64,000 nt of DNA from Eledone cirrhosa (GCA_964016885.1 OZ024751.1:14322001-14386000); one strand, 5' to 3'. Positions 23,520-35,620 are shown, numbered from the stretch's first letter. Translations and numbers: made by a program. The notes: generated by a model from the sequence alone, not told the origin.

Positions 23520-25687
23520 CATCATCATCATCATCATCATCAACGTTTAACGTCCGTGTTCCACGCTTGCATGGGTTTGGACGGGGGTAGTCCCACTTGA
23601 GGCAAGAGTGATTGTCTTGCTCGCATAGGACTGTCTGGCAGGTTTTCTACAGTTGGATGCCCTTCCTAACACCAACCACATTTACAGTGTGGGTCTGGGA
23701 GGTTTTTACCGTGTTGCCTACACGGCCACATTACAGCGTGGACTGTGTGTTTTTTTGTCGTGACACCTACACGATCTCATTTGTTTCGGCCTCGATGGCG
23801 CGGCACCAACATAACTTTACATAGAACGGGGTGGTGTGGATGGGGTGGGGGGACGGGGTGTATTTTGTTAGAGATGCCTACTGGCTGGAGTAGGTTTTAC
23901 TATATATTTAGGTAAGGCGGGTCTTCTCTGTTACTGAGTACCGCCAAAGGTCTCGGTCCAGTGACATTGTCTTGGAGAGGTGTAAGTGTGTGATGTCGGA
24001 GTTTATCAGCTCGTCCCAGGTTTTTCTAGGTCTGCCTATTCCGTGACTACCGTCTATCTTTATTGCCCTGCACTTTGTTATACAGCTATCGACTTTCATG
24101 CGCATCACGTGTCCATACCAACGTAGCCTTCTCTCGAGTAAACAACATCTGATCCCTCTTATCTCTAATTTTTTCCTTAGTTCGTTTATGCTTTGCCGTT
24201 CACGTATATTACTGTTACACATCCAGCGGAGCATGCAAGCTTCGTTCCTCTCTAGTCTGCGTATATCCTCTGCACACAATGCCCAGGTCTCACTGCCATG
24301 CAGCATTGCTGTTCGTATGCAGGCATCGTACAACCTGCCTTTCATTTTTAGTGAGAACCCTTTAGCAGCTAATAGTGGTATAAGCTCTCTGAACTTTTTC
24401 CAACCAGTTCTGACTCTAGCTACAGTACTTTCAGAGCACCCTCCCCCACTGCTGATTTTATCGCCCAGGTAACGGAAGCTGTCCACTATTTCTATAGAAC
24501 CCTCTGCGCAATTGAAAGAGCTAGTAGTTTGTGGGCACTTGCTGCTACTTATTGCACCAGAGCACCGGCCACATGTAAAATCTATGTTCTTAGTTAGCTT
24601 ACCTGTGATCCCACTACATCTTTTATGCACCCATACTTTGCATTTAGGACATAAAATGGAGTTTCTACCTACGCCTTTCCTACACACCGAGCACGACCAT
24701 TTCCCAGAAGGGACCGCCGCCTTGTTTTCTTTCCTACAAACTAGTACTTTGGTCTTAGCCAGGTTAATTTTAAGTCCTTTTGACTCTAGGCCGTGCTTCC
24801 ATGTTTGGAATTTCTTCTCTAGCTCGGCCATTGATTCCGCTATGAGTGCCAGGTCGTCTGCGTATAGGAGTTCCCATGGGCAGCCTGTCTTGAACTCCTC
24901 TGTTATAGCCTGAAGGGCAATAATAAATAGTAGTGGGCTGAGAACAGAGCCCTGATGGACGCCAACTTTTACGCTAAACTCTTCACTATATTCGTTGTTA
25001 ATTCTAACCTTGCTGACTGTTTCTTTATACATGGCTTGTATAGCCCTCACAAGCCATTCGTCAACGCCTAGTTTTCTAAGAGCCCACCAGATAATGGAGC
25101 GGGGGACTCTGTCGAAGGCTTTCTCCAAGTCGACAAAAGCTAAGTAGAGGGGTTTACCTTTAGCTAGGTACTTCTCCTGTAGTTGTCGTACTATGAAAAG
25201 AGCGTCTGTGGTACTTTTGCCTGACACAAACCCGAACTGCATTTCATCTAGGTCAATTCTCTCTCTGATTAGTTGCGCTATTACTTTTTCCGTGACCTTC
25301 ATGACCTGGTCGATTAATTTAATGCCTCTATAGTTACTCCTATCTAGGGCGTCTCCTTTACCCTTATAACAGTTAACGATGATGCTGCTATGCCAGTCCT
25401 TCGGAACAACCCCATTCTGTACGACTTGGTTAACTATGCGGGTGACCATGGTGTGTCCCACCGTGCCAGATGCCTTCAGCATCTCAGCAACTATTTCCGA
25501 AGGCCCAGCCGCCTTACCCGTCTTCATATCCTTGATTGCCTTACTTATTATACTCCCCTCGACTAACACTGCTGGTCCCTCTATTGGGTCGATATGGGGG
25601 AGACTGCCTTTCTCCCAATTATTCTCCTCATTTAGTAGCCTTTCATAGTGACACTTCCAAGCTACCTTCTTATCAGCGTCGGTGATG
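23520..25687 (-). mobile_element. RTE LINE family R1, copy B, 5'-truncated; RT domain uninterrupted, endonuclease absent
   Basis: [48 protein letters not shown] and YADD motifs in one stop-free frame to 23908; nearly identical to copy A over the shared part. Confidence 0.97.
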
Positions 25688-25710
25688 TATATATATATAT
25701 ATATATACAC

Positions 25711-25778
<68 letters not shown>

Positions 25779-25854
25779 CTATATATATATATACACCTAT
25801 ATATATATATATATACACCTATATATATATATATATATACACCTATATATATAT

Positions 25855-26023
25855 AGGTACAATTCTGCTATAACAAATACCATAACAAATTTCCCAGTAT
25901 AACATTTTTTTCAATCCCCAGCCACAAACTCAAGGTGTTTCAGTCAATCTCGTTATAAAGAACTTTTCATTACAACAAATCTTTTTTATACCCCGTGAAT
26001 TTCGTTATAACAGAATGTTACTG
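25855..26023. mobile_element. Tigger/pogo-like MITE
   Basis: Imperfect TIR GTACAATTCTGCTATAAC / GTTATAACAGAATGTTACTG with TA flanks. Confidence 0.6.
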
Positions 26024-26395
26024 TATATATAAAATCATCATCATCATCCTAATAATTTCATCTTCACTTTGCATGCTAGCATGGGTTGAATGTGTCATTA
26101 AATTCTAATCTTATTCTGCCGTCCTCAGTGGGTCTGATGAGTGTCTTTCTTGTACATTCACCAACCACTCTACAGAGTGTACAAGGTGCATTTTATGACA
26201 GCACTGGTACTAGACATTCTGTGATATCATCAACAAATCTAAAGCACCCTCTACACTAGATGGGACATTACCAGGGATTTGAGGGAGTTTAGGGTCTGAT
26301 GTCTAGCAAGTTGAGCCATCATGTAAAGTCTCTTTCATTGGCTCAAGGTGAATTGGCTGTTGTTTAGCTCTTGGTCAGCCCTGAACTATGATTAA

Positions 26396-26595
26396 CCCTT
26401 TAGCATTTACATTACTCTATATTTACTATTGTATTTTCATGATAAAGGCTTTATCTCACAATATCAAATCTGTGAGATTTTGATATTATTTATTTTGAAA
26501 ACAATACCTTAACATCAGTTTGAGCAACCAGTTATGGCCAGTTTGAACAGAAAGTGGTGGTAGAATTCTGGCCGGATATGGCCGGTTTGAAAGGG
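26396..26595. mobile_element. piggyBac-like MITE (family P1)
   Basis: TTAA-CCCTTTAGCATTT...AAAGGG-TTAA; colinear with 16312-16499. Confidence 0.8.
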
Positions 26596-27255
26596 TTAAA
26601 GGTGTTCCAGTCATAGTCATGCTACCTTTTCACCTAGGCACAGTGTATCTAGGTTCACATTGTCCAATGTGACCTTTCATAAGATGGAAGAGAATGATGG
26701 GAGGAAGATTTGGTCTCTATTTCTGTCAGAGATATTTGGCTGTTATTTCTACCAGATCAAGCAAAGCAACTGTGTAGAAGGTCCCACGTTGGCCAAAGGT
26801 GATTTAGTGTTTGTTGATCTAGTGTGTGTGTAGGGCTACACAAAGATTAAAGTCCTAAGAGTCTTCTTAGTCATGGGGATCTGTTTAAATGTAATTAGTT
26901 ATTTGTCATATTTGGTAGTTATCAGCAAACATCTTAGACACTTCCAGGGTTGCTATGTCACAGATAAACCTAGGATTACAATGTCAACCTATTATCAAGA
27001 ATAATTTGAAATGTGTATTTCTGGGTGCAGACATTAAACTTGAAAGTGCTCTTAATCTTTAAATCCTGTTTCAACCAATACCTACACCACCACCACAACA
27101 ACAACAATTACCACATTACCATCATCATTATCATCAAACCACCACACCACCATCATCACAATAACAACAACCATCACCAACATCATCACAATAACAACAA
27201 CCATCACCAACAACATCACCCCTACTACACATACACACATATAAATACATATCCA

Positions 27256-27461
27256 CAAGGCCAGATTAGTCATTTTCAGACCCTAAGCACTTAAAAAGAT
27301 TATGGTGCCTCCAACTCCACTCATATATAAATCCTTCAAGGAAATTCATCTTGGAATGTTAAATATTAAAACATTAAATTTGAATTTAATTAAAATGATA
27401 CCCTTTTTCTTTCGATGCCCTAAGAAAATGCTTATTTTGCTTAATGATTAATCCAGACCTG
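27256..27461. mobile_element. hAT-like MITE
   Basis: Termini CAAGGCCAGATTA / TAATCCAGACCTG; 8-bp flanks CATATCCA / CATATCCC match at 7 of 8 positions. Confidence 0.6.
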
Positions 27462-27519
27462 CATATCCCTCTCACATGCACCCTTGATCCCATATGTATC
27501 CTGGTTTTTAGAATAGGTA

Positions 27520-28035
27520 CCCTACATTGAGCTGTTAGAATGTTGCTTTGCTGTATTTGTTCTGGTTCTCTACTCTCTAAGTTCAAATCCCACGGAGGTA
27601 AACTTTACTTCTCAACCATTGGCAGAGTCGTTAGAACATTAGATAGAATGCTTTGCGGTATTTATTTCAGCTGTCTGCTCTGAGTTCAAATCCCACCTAG
27701 GTCAACTTTACTTCTCAACCATTGGCAGAGTCGTTAGAACATTAGATAGAATGCTTTGCGGTATTTATTTCAGCTGTCTGCTCTGAGTTCAACTGCTGTA
27801 GGTCAACTTTACTTCTCAACCATTCAAGGTTGATAAAAAAAATACACCAGTCTAGTTCTGAGATAAATTCTTCCTGTATGTCTCATTCTCACTTCTGTTA
27901 CTTTCTATCCTTCTCTGAAAGAAATCTACTGTGATCAGACTTGGAGAGGAGTGGGCTTTACCAGGTTAACATGCTCAAGAAATGCTGTATTGCCACCAAG
28001 GTACCCCTATGACTATCAGAAGTTACGGGACCATA
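27520..28035 (+). mobile_element. Old SINE with ~103-bp tandem head duplications and a long 3' tail
   Basis: AACTTTACTTCTCAACCATT recurs at ~27602, ~27704 and ~27805; the tail matches 12125-12265. Confidence 0.7.
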
Positions 28036-28439
28036 CTATACCATACTGCATACGAGGGTGTCATAAGAAGTAATTAAAAGGGTTGGTATGCCAGGAAATA
28101 CATTTAGCTGCAAAAGACTGTCACAAAAAAGTCCTGTCCAACTCTACATCAATTTCACTACACTCACCCATCAACAGGGTTGGGTTTAGACCTCGGGGGA
28201 GCCCAGGAATTGGGGACTCATACACAAAATATTAGAATACACAGCAACTCCCCCAATTTTACATATCGAAGTTAGCTTGGTGCAAGTAATTGGAATTGAA
28301 AAGTTATACATACAGGTATTAAATTAAAAAATTCTAACCATCCTAAAACTAAAAAGCTCAACTGAGGGTACAAATAAATTGCTGCGGCTGTTGCTGGTGC
28401 CCCCACTCCCCCACTACAGGGGGCTCAGGGTAATTGCCT

Positions 28440-28625
28440 TCTGTTAAGCTCTTCTTTAGTCTTCCTCTGCAGCTTCCTTCCACTGGAAACCTCTGGCATA
28501 TCTTCATCCAACAATTATCATCCATATGCATCATATGTCCACACCAGCGCAGTATTCTCTTTTACACACTAAATTTCATTCCTCTTATACCCAACCATTC
28601 TCATCAATATTTCTCTTCCTTAAGG
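28440..28625 (-). mobile_element. Old RTE 3' fragment
   Basis: LGIRG..RILRWCGHMMHMDDNCW..VEGSCRGR. Confidence 0.7.
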
Positions 28626-29062
28626 AGGTACTTAATTAAGTTGATAAAGGCTTGATCTGAGAAGAAATACTGTCTTCAAACACCTTCCAAGTCCCTCCAC
28701 CATAGAAATAATTATTTCTAACATAGACGGTAATGCTGGTGCCACAAAAAAGCACCTAGTTCATTCTGTAAGGTGGTAGTGTTGGTGCCACAAAAAAAAG
28801 CACCCAGTCCACCCTGTAAGGTGGTAGAGCCAGAGACACGAGAAAATGTGCCCAGTCCACCCTGTAAGGTGGTAGAGCGAGAGAAACGATAAAATGTTCC
28901 CAGTCCTCACTATAATTATATTGTAACTAGATTATATATAATTTGCCCTTTTTGTCTATCAAAATTCGACTATCCATTACGTTTCAAGCCAGCTCTAATA
29001 ATTGTTTCTACTTTTGGCACAAGGTCAGCAATTACCCAGTACATTAATAATAAGGTATTATT

Positions 29063-29242
29063 AGGCAGTATCGGTAGAGGGTCGGACGCCATGCTTTCCA
29101 GCATAGTTACGTCCCTTTACGATCTGAGTTCAAATCCCGCCGAGGTTGACTTTGCCTTTCATCCTTACGGGGTCGATAAAATAAAGTACCAGTAATGCAC
29201 TGAGTGATTGCTGGCCTTGTGCCTAAAGTAGAAACAATTAAT
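29063..29242 (+). mobile_element. S1 SINE, with an inverted SINE tail at ~28998-29045
   Basis: Near-identical to 22638-22826 in reverse complement. Confidence 0.9.
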
Positions 29243-29251
29243 AACTTTTAA

Positions 29252-29355
29252 TCCTTTCACTAGCAAGCGGCAGCATGTCCTCAGTCAGACCCCAGCATGT
29301 CCTCAGCCAGTCAGCTGGAACGGGTAGAAGAGTAAATAAGAAAGCGAGTAAAAGA
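29252..29355. mobile_element. Small TTAA-flanked MITE (family P2)
   Basis: TTAA-TCCTTTCACTAGC...GCGAGTAAAAGA-TTAA; internal direct repeat CAGCATGTCCTCAG. Confidence 0.55.
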
Positions 29356-30122
29356 TTAAACATTCTTTTCTCCACTCTAAATCCAATCCATTATATCGTT
29401 GGCTGCCTATTTCTGCTATTGTATTGTAATCTTGTACACTTTCCAATTAATGGCATCTTTTGCTGTTTGACGGACCATAGTTCCAGGCTACTGTGAAGTA
29501 AATTGCCGTTTTACAGTCATAATTCCGTAATTCTAATCCATCATTCTTCAACAAGTTAGCACTTGTCCTTTCTGATATAATAACTTTACTATATTATTTC
29601 TGTTTGCACCAATTTCGTTTTATTCAATAATGTTCACTCTGACGATATATGTTTGATGTGGGTTTAAAACAGCAACAACAACAGGAGTAATATAATGAAT
29701 GATTGTAGAGGTGGTGGGGGGGGGGGGGGGTAGACAAGAGGTGGAGTATAAGGAAAAGAAGGCGAAGAATGAATGATAATGTACTCTCTCTCTCTCGACT
29801 AGCTTTTATTTACGTACACAAACACATACATATATATAGTTAAAACACAAATTTCCATATTTGTGAGTGTACACATACACACATTTCTGTGTGTGTATGT
29901 GTTGTGTATATATGCATATATATATATATACAACACACACAAACACCCGACCAATTTGCTTCAAGTGGGACAAACCCGTCCAACCCATGCTAGCGTGGAA
30001 GATGGACGTTAAACCATGATGATTATGATAGAGAGCAAAAGAAAGCGTGATTAAAACACATAACATACACGTGTTATCTATCTATGAGTATTCATATATG
30101 TGTGTGCGCGCGCGCGCGTCTG

Positions 30123-30220
30123 CAGGGCGTCCCCCCAAAATGTATACACACTTTGATTACCTGTACAGGCAATATTTATTGGAATGCTGTTGAAGTGTGT
30201 ATACATTTTTGGACACCTTG
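30123..30220. mobile_element. Tc1/mariner-like MITE (~100 bp)
   Basis: TIR CAGGGCGTCC..AAAATGTATACACACTT / AAGTGTGTATACATTTTTGGACACCTTG; relatives at ~32878 (partial) and 63087-63183. Confidence 0.75.
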
Positions 30221-30307
30221 TGTGTGTGTGTGTATATAACAGAAAACAATCAAATTTTTGTTTAATGCATTTAATTGCTAAGTATATATAAGTATAAATA
30301 TTATTAC

Positions 30308-30361
<54 letters not shown>

Positions 30362-30664
30362 TTGAGACTATCTCAAACATGTCATCTATAACTTTGAATG
30401 CTATGTATGCATGCTATGCATGTATGCATGCATGTATTATGTATATATGTATGTGTGCATGTGTGTTTCTAGGATGACAATTATGCTACAATATCTTTAA
30501 GACTGGACTGGCCAAGAAGAGGAACAGCGTTTCCAATTTCAACAGCGGAACAACGATATATCATGACAGTAATAAACTGACTTTCTAATTAGACAGCTGT
30601 GGTAATTATGGTATATTTAATTGGTCCACTTAACACTGGCGACAACATCAGAACAAGAGGGATA

Positions 30665-31345
30665 TAGTGGTGGTGGTGGTGGTGGTAGGGGTAGTGGTAG
30701 TGGTGGTAGTGGTGGTAGGGGTAGTGGTGGTGGTGGTAGTGGCAGTAGTAGTGTTAGTAGTATTAATGGTGGTAGTGGTGGTATCAGTGGTGGTAGTGGT
30801 AGTGGTGGTATCAGTCGTGTTAAAGGTAGTGGTGTTATCTGTAGTGGTGGTAGCAGTACTGGTGTTGGTACTAATGATCAAAGTCTTGATACTGCTGATG
30901 ATAGTGTTAGTAGAGGTACCATTACTATTGGCAGAGATGGGCGTGGTAAATTAATGGTGGTGGTGATAAGGGCAGTAGAAATAGCATTAGTAACGGCGGT
31001 GGTATTCGCAGTGCTGGTGGTGGTGGGGTTGTTGTGGTGGTGGTGATGATAGTAGCAGTAGAGATAATAGTAGAGGTAGTAGTGGTGGTGGTCTTAGTTG
31101 GTGGTATTAGTAGTAGTGGTGGTGGTGGTGGTGGTAGTAGTTGTAGAGATAGTAGTGGGGTGGTGAGGCAGTGGTCGTGATAGAGATAGTATTAGTAGTA
31201 ATAGTAGTGGTTGGGGTAATGGTGGTGGTAGTAATAGTAGTGGTTGGGGTAATGGTGGTGGTAGTAGTAGTAGTACTAGTATAGAAGAAACCGTTTTTTT
31301 TTTTTCATTTGGAATTATAAAACCATTAGGTAGTGGTGGTGGTGG
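30665..31345. repeat. Degenerate (GGT/AGT)n trinucleotide low-complexity tract
   Basis: Direct reading; source of the poly-G/V/T pseudo-ORFs. Confidence 0.9.
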
Positions 31346-31349
31346 TGTT

Positions 31350-31550
31350 AATTGAGACAGCACTGCCCCATCCTCACCCTCATCTTAAAAGTGTTTCTAC
31401 TTTCGTTTCCACTATTTTCTCTTACAATCATTCTTCACTGATGTTTTCAAATCTAAACGATGTATCACCGTCTTCGTCTTCTCTCGTCCTTCGTCTCCAA
31501 CTTTTTATACGACAGTCGGTCAATATTTAAAAAAAAATAAACAGGTAACA
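31350..31550 (+). other. Candidate non-coding first exon ending at a splice donor
   Basis: Unique, relatively CpG-rich pyrimidine stretch ending CAG|GTAACA (GT at 31545). Confidence 0.25.
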
Positions 31551-31760
31551 CATCACTGTTTCTTCAATTCTAATTGAAACTTTTACAAACAAACAAACAC
31601 TTTCCATCACTTTTATGTTACTGATGTAAAAACTCTTTATTCAAATTTCTAGACAAAGTTTTTTTTCGTTTCTGTTTATCTTTTAAAAAATTACATTTAT
31701 AGACGCATTTAAAGTTTAGTTTAAGTTTCGGTTGAGATTGCAATTTGTTTTACAGTATAA

Positions 31761-31801
<41 letters not shown>

Positions 31802-32263
31802 TTATATATATATATATATATTGGAAAATGTGAGATCCTTGGTACAGTTAGGTATATTTGAAAAAAAGGAAAAGAATGACTTCATTCTTTTCCTTTTTTT
31901 CAAATATATATATATATATATAGTAATAATAAAAAATTTGAAGACTAAACATATATATATATAATATATATATAATATATATATATAATATATATATGTT
32001 TCTACTTTAGGCACAATGTCAACAATTACTCAATGCATTACTGGTACTTTATTTTATCGACCCCGTAAGGATGAAAGGCAAAGTCAACCTCGGCCGGATT
32101 TGAATATATATATATATTATATATAATATATATAATATATATATAAATATTGTTATATTTGGGGAGGATCATATTGTTGTAATATTGCCAAAAATAATGA
32201 TAAAACACACTCACTGAGAAGTACGATCATCATACATTAAATATGTATTGATGTCTTAACACA

Positions 32264-32327
<64 letters not shown>

Positions 32328-32329
<2 letters not shown>

Positions 32330-32722
32330 AGGGTGGGTAAAATTTCCGAGATCCATGGACGAGTTCTCTCCAGCAGTATCTGTCCATCATCGCCGCCATG
32401 TCCTGCGTCTCCAAGAGACCTGTGTCTGTCCTTAGGGCATCAACATATGTCAACCTCGGTCTTCCTCTTCTAGTGTGTCTGTGAAGTGGCTCCCACAGGA
32501 GCACTGAGTGTAGTGTCAACTCTGAATGTTGGTGAGCATGTCCAGCTAACCTCTGTGCTACTCTCGGGAGGCTCCCGTACAGCTCTGAGTTCTTCATCTT
32601 CAGTGTATACTGATTAATATCGTGTAGCACCCATCCATCATCTAAACGAGTTTCTTGATCAGTATCCAAGTCTCAGACCCGTACAACAGCACAGACTCCA
32701 CTACAGCAACGAAGAGACGGAT
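32328..32722 (-). mobile_element. RTE-like family R2, 3' fragment
   Basis: Colinear with 21230-21654 (NSELYGS..RLAGHAH..RRGRPRLTYVDALRTDTGL). Confidence 0.9.
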
Positions 32723-33024
32723 ATATATCACGGTGGTTTCTGATTTAGGCACAAGGCCAACAGTTTTTGGGGGAGGGGAAAGTCGATTAAATCTACCCCA
32801 GTGTGCTACTGGCACTTTATTTTAGATATAGTAGTAATAATAATAAATACAAAGACTAATACCAATACTTATTTATACAGGGTGTCCCCCTAAAATGTAT
32901 ACACACTTTGATTACCTGTACAGGCAATACCTATAAGAATGTACAGCCTTTCCCCAAAAATAAAATGATTTACAGACATAATTCAATTGTAAGTAAACAC
33001 CAAAAATTAATTCAAATAATTTAA

Positions 33025-33540
33025 ATAATTGTTTCTACTTTTGGCACAAGGCACCTCAGTGCATTACTGGTACTTTATTTTACCGACCGTAAAGATAAAA
33101 TAAAGTACCAGTAATATAACTTGAATTGTTTCTACTTTTGGCACAAGGTCAGCAATTACTCCACTACATTACTGGTACTGAGTTCAAATCTCGTCGAGGT
33201 TAACTTTGCCTTTCATCCTTATGAGGTCGATAAAATAAAGTACCAGTAATATACTGGCCTTGTGCCAAAAGTAGAAACAATTATTATTATTATTATTATT
33301 ATTATTACTACCGGCGCTGGATTGGCAGTATCAGTAGATGGTCAGGCGCCATGCTTTGCAGCATAGAGTTACGGCCCTTTACGTCCTGAGTTCAAATCCC
33401 GTCGAGGTTAACTTTGCCTTTCATCCTTACGATGTCGATAAAATAAAGTACCAGTAATGTACTGAGATAATTGCTGGTCTTGTGCCAAAAGTAGAAACAA
33501 TTATTACTACTACTACTATATCTAAAATAAAGTACCAGTA
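33025..33540. mobile_element. Cluster of S1 SINE pieces in both orientations, with a full copy at ~33315-33505 (+)
   Basis: Repeated SINE body and tail motifs; fold-back 33063-33082 / 33096-33115. Confidence 0.85.
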
Positions 33541-34032
33541 ACGCATTGGTCGAATAATTGTTTCTACCTTTCTCTATAGATATACTGTGTTAAGACATCG
33601 ATACATATTTGATATGTATGATGACTGTTTCTCAAACGATATATGACTCTGTCTCTGTCTACATATATCTTTTAAATTTGAATTATATATAATATATATA
33701 TATATATATATATTACACTGTCGTTGGACATTATAGAACCAAATTCGTTTTCTAAGTTAATTCTGAGGAAAGCAGGGTTAGGGTGGTTAGATTTGTTGAA
33801 AGCAGAAACCATAAGGGGGGAAAAAAACGTAAATTTCACCTCCAACGCGAGATATTTGAATGATTTGGAGAGGAGGGATAAATGTTTTTAAATTTTACAT
33901 CATAACTTTCTAACACCAGACATGTTTTGTCCAATGTATATTGAGGTATAGCCTGCTGTTATACATTTAAACGTACGAAGAGTAAAATTATGTTAGAAGT
34001 CTAAATTGGTTATTCGCTCTCAATTTATTATA

Positions 34033-34304
34033 CAGTTGTCCCTCTGTATTCACCTGGGCTACGTTCCTAGAGCACCCGCGAAGAGTAAACAACCGCGAAT
34101 GTTGGACGCGGTCCATAAAAATGTCTATAAAACGTGAAAATATAACGTAAAATATAATTAAAAATGAGGGAGCGTCTTATGCCACGAAAAAGCCATAAAA
34201 AAAATCGCGGAAGATATTTACGATTCCGCGAATATGACGTGGTTTCCGCGAACAATTATTAGTTAGGTTCTCAGGGAAATTCCGCGAATGACGGGGATAC
34301 ACTG
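34033..34304. mobile_element. Tigger/pogo-like MITE
   Basis: TA-CAGTTGTCCCTC...GGGGATACACTG-TA with internal CCGCGAA repeats. Confidence 0.7.
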
Positions 34305-34322
34305 TATGTATATATATATATA

Positions 34323-34595
34323 TAATGTATAATAAACAATACAATATAATTACCTCATTACCAGGTTTCCCGAATAAGACGAATACGAAAAACGTCCTCA
34401 TTCGTTCATCGGACAAGGCAATTTATGATGAACGAATGAGGACGTTTTTCGTATTCGTCTTATTCGGGAAACCTCTGGTAATGAGGTAATTATATTGTAT
34501 TGTTTATTATACATTAAATTTAGCTTTGGTACTTTCATAGAGCACTCTTCACTCCTATGACTTTTTCAATTTTCAACTGAAACTTCAATACTTAT
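34323..34595 (+). mobile_element. Fold-back insert #3 with degenerate hammerhead motifs
   Basis: 88-bp arms 34323-34410 / 34427-34516 (one 2-bp indel), 16-nt loop. + strand: ATGATGA-stem II-GAAA-CCTC/GAGG-TA. (TA)n flanks. Confidence 0.7.
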
Positions 34596-34657
34596 ATATA
34601 TATATATATATATACAATATATTAATAAATGGAAACTATATTTATAAAACCATAATT

Positions 34658-34716
34658 AATTTATATATATTTCAAGGGCGACCAAGCCAATCTTGGTGCG
34701 CTTTCATCAGATAAAA
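34658..34716 (-). ncRNA. Hammerhead-like motif, possibly degenerate at the cleavage site
   Basis: Minus strand: TTTTAT-CTGATGA-AAG..ACCAAG/CTTGGT..CTT-GAAA-TATAT-ATAAA. Confidence 0.5.
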
Positions 34717-34789
34717 TACAAAATTTGTTTTATAAATAGGGACATAACCATGGAAAACAACCTTGACGGTTGAAAATTAGCTGGATAGT

Positions 34790-34828
<39 letters not shown>

Positions 34829-35164
34829 CAGTGAAGACCAACTTTTGTAGCGGTTCTCATTGATTTGTGTTGGTGTTAGGATTAAAGTTGTTACGTGCAG
34901 CTGTGTTAACAATGGTTTCTCGGTTAGTCACGAAGGACAACAATCTGTGAGAAAGGGTGAAAAATCGATTATACCGAACACATTACTTAACTGTTACTGT
35001 ACTTTAATTTATCGAGCCCGGAAAGATAAAAAGCAAAGTTGACCTCGACGTCATTTGAACTCAGAACGTATAAAGTCGTAATTAATTCAGCAAAATATTT
35101 TATCAAACGTTCTAGCTACACTGTTAATCCACCGCCCTTAGTAGTGCGTGTGTGTGTGTGTGTC

Positions 35165-35620
35165 AAAGGGCAAAGGAGCTCTTAAGAGTCAATGGCCATC
35201 CAAAATCACCGGGAGAGATGACCCCTTAGCCTTTGTCAAGGCAGAATTCTAGGAGAAGGAAAACTCTGATATAACACCTGCAACTCTGATGGTAACCAAT
35301 GATGTTGACTTGTTCTTCTTTTAGGTAAATATCATCTTGGTTAAGAGAGTGGGACTGGCTTTGTGCAGTGCCTTTGCTCACTGTAAAAGCTTCACGGCAC
35401 AGGCATTGCTTTATATCTGGGGATCTCTCTGCACTTGTCGTCACATGGTACCATGGGCCCAGCACTATGTGTCAATAATTGTCACAAGTGTAGTGTTTGT
35501 ACCAGAGTTTTCAAGTCGCTGGCTGGACTAAAAAGTCACACTTGTTCAGCGCATCGGTGGGGGTTCTCCTACATGGATATAAAGTAGTGGCCGTACTCGA
35601 AAACGAGTTGGCAGCCACCA
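35165..35620 (+). mobile_element. Internally deleted non-autonomous RTE (5' UTR joined to a zinc-finger 3' end)
   Basis: CTAGGAGAAGGAAAACTCTGA motif, then HKCSVCTRVFKSLAGLKSH (C2H2-like RTE C-terminus) and a microsatellite tail. Confidence 0.6.

Noticed and set aside
25688-25818. N-terminal extension of the 636-aa RT ORF (and 20007-20791 for the 617-aa ORF)
   Set aside because: Read-through into flanking TA repeats; the elements are 5'-truncated and lack their own start and endonuclease.
29063-29145. tRNA gene-like A and B boxes
   Set aside because: These are SINE heads; no cloverleaf is evident and each continues into the SINE body.
29238-29363. Minus-strand short ORF with a signal-peptide-like start (MFNLLLAFLFTLLPVPA)
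   Set aside because: It coincides with a TTAA-flanked MITE and is only ~41 codons, so it is most likely fortuitous.
30621-31363. Gly-rich, Val-rich and Thr-rich ORFs
   Set aside because: Explained by (GGT/AGT)n low-complexity sequence open in several frames.
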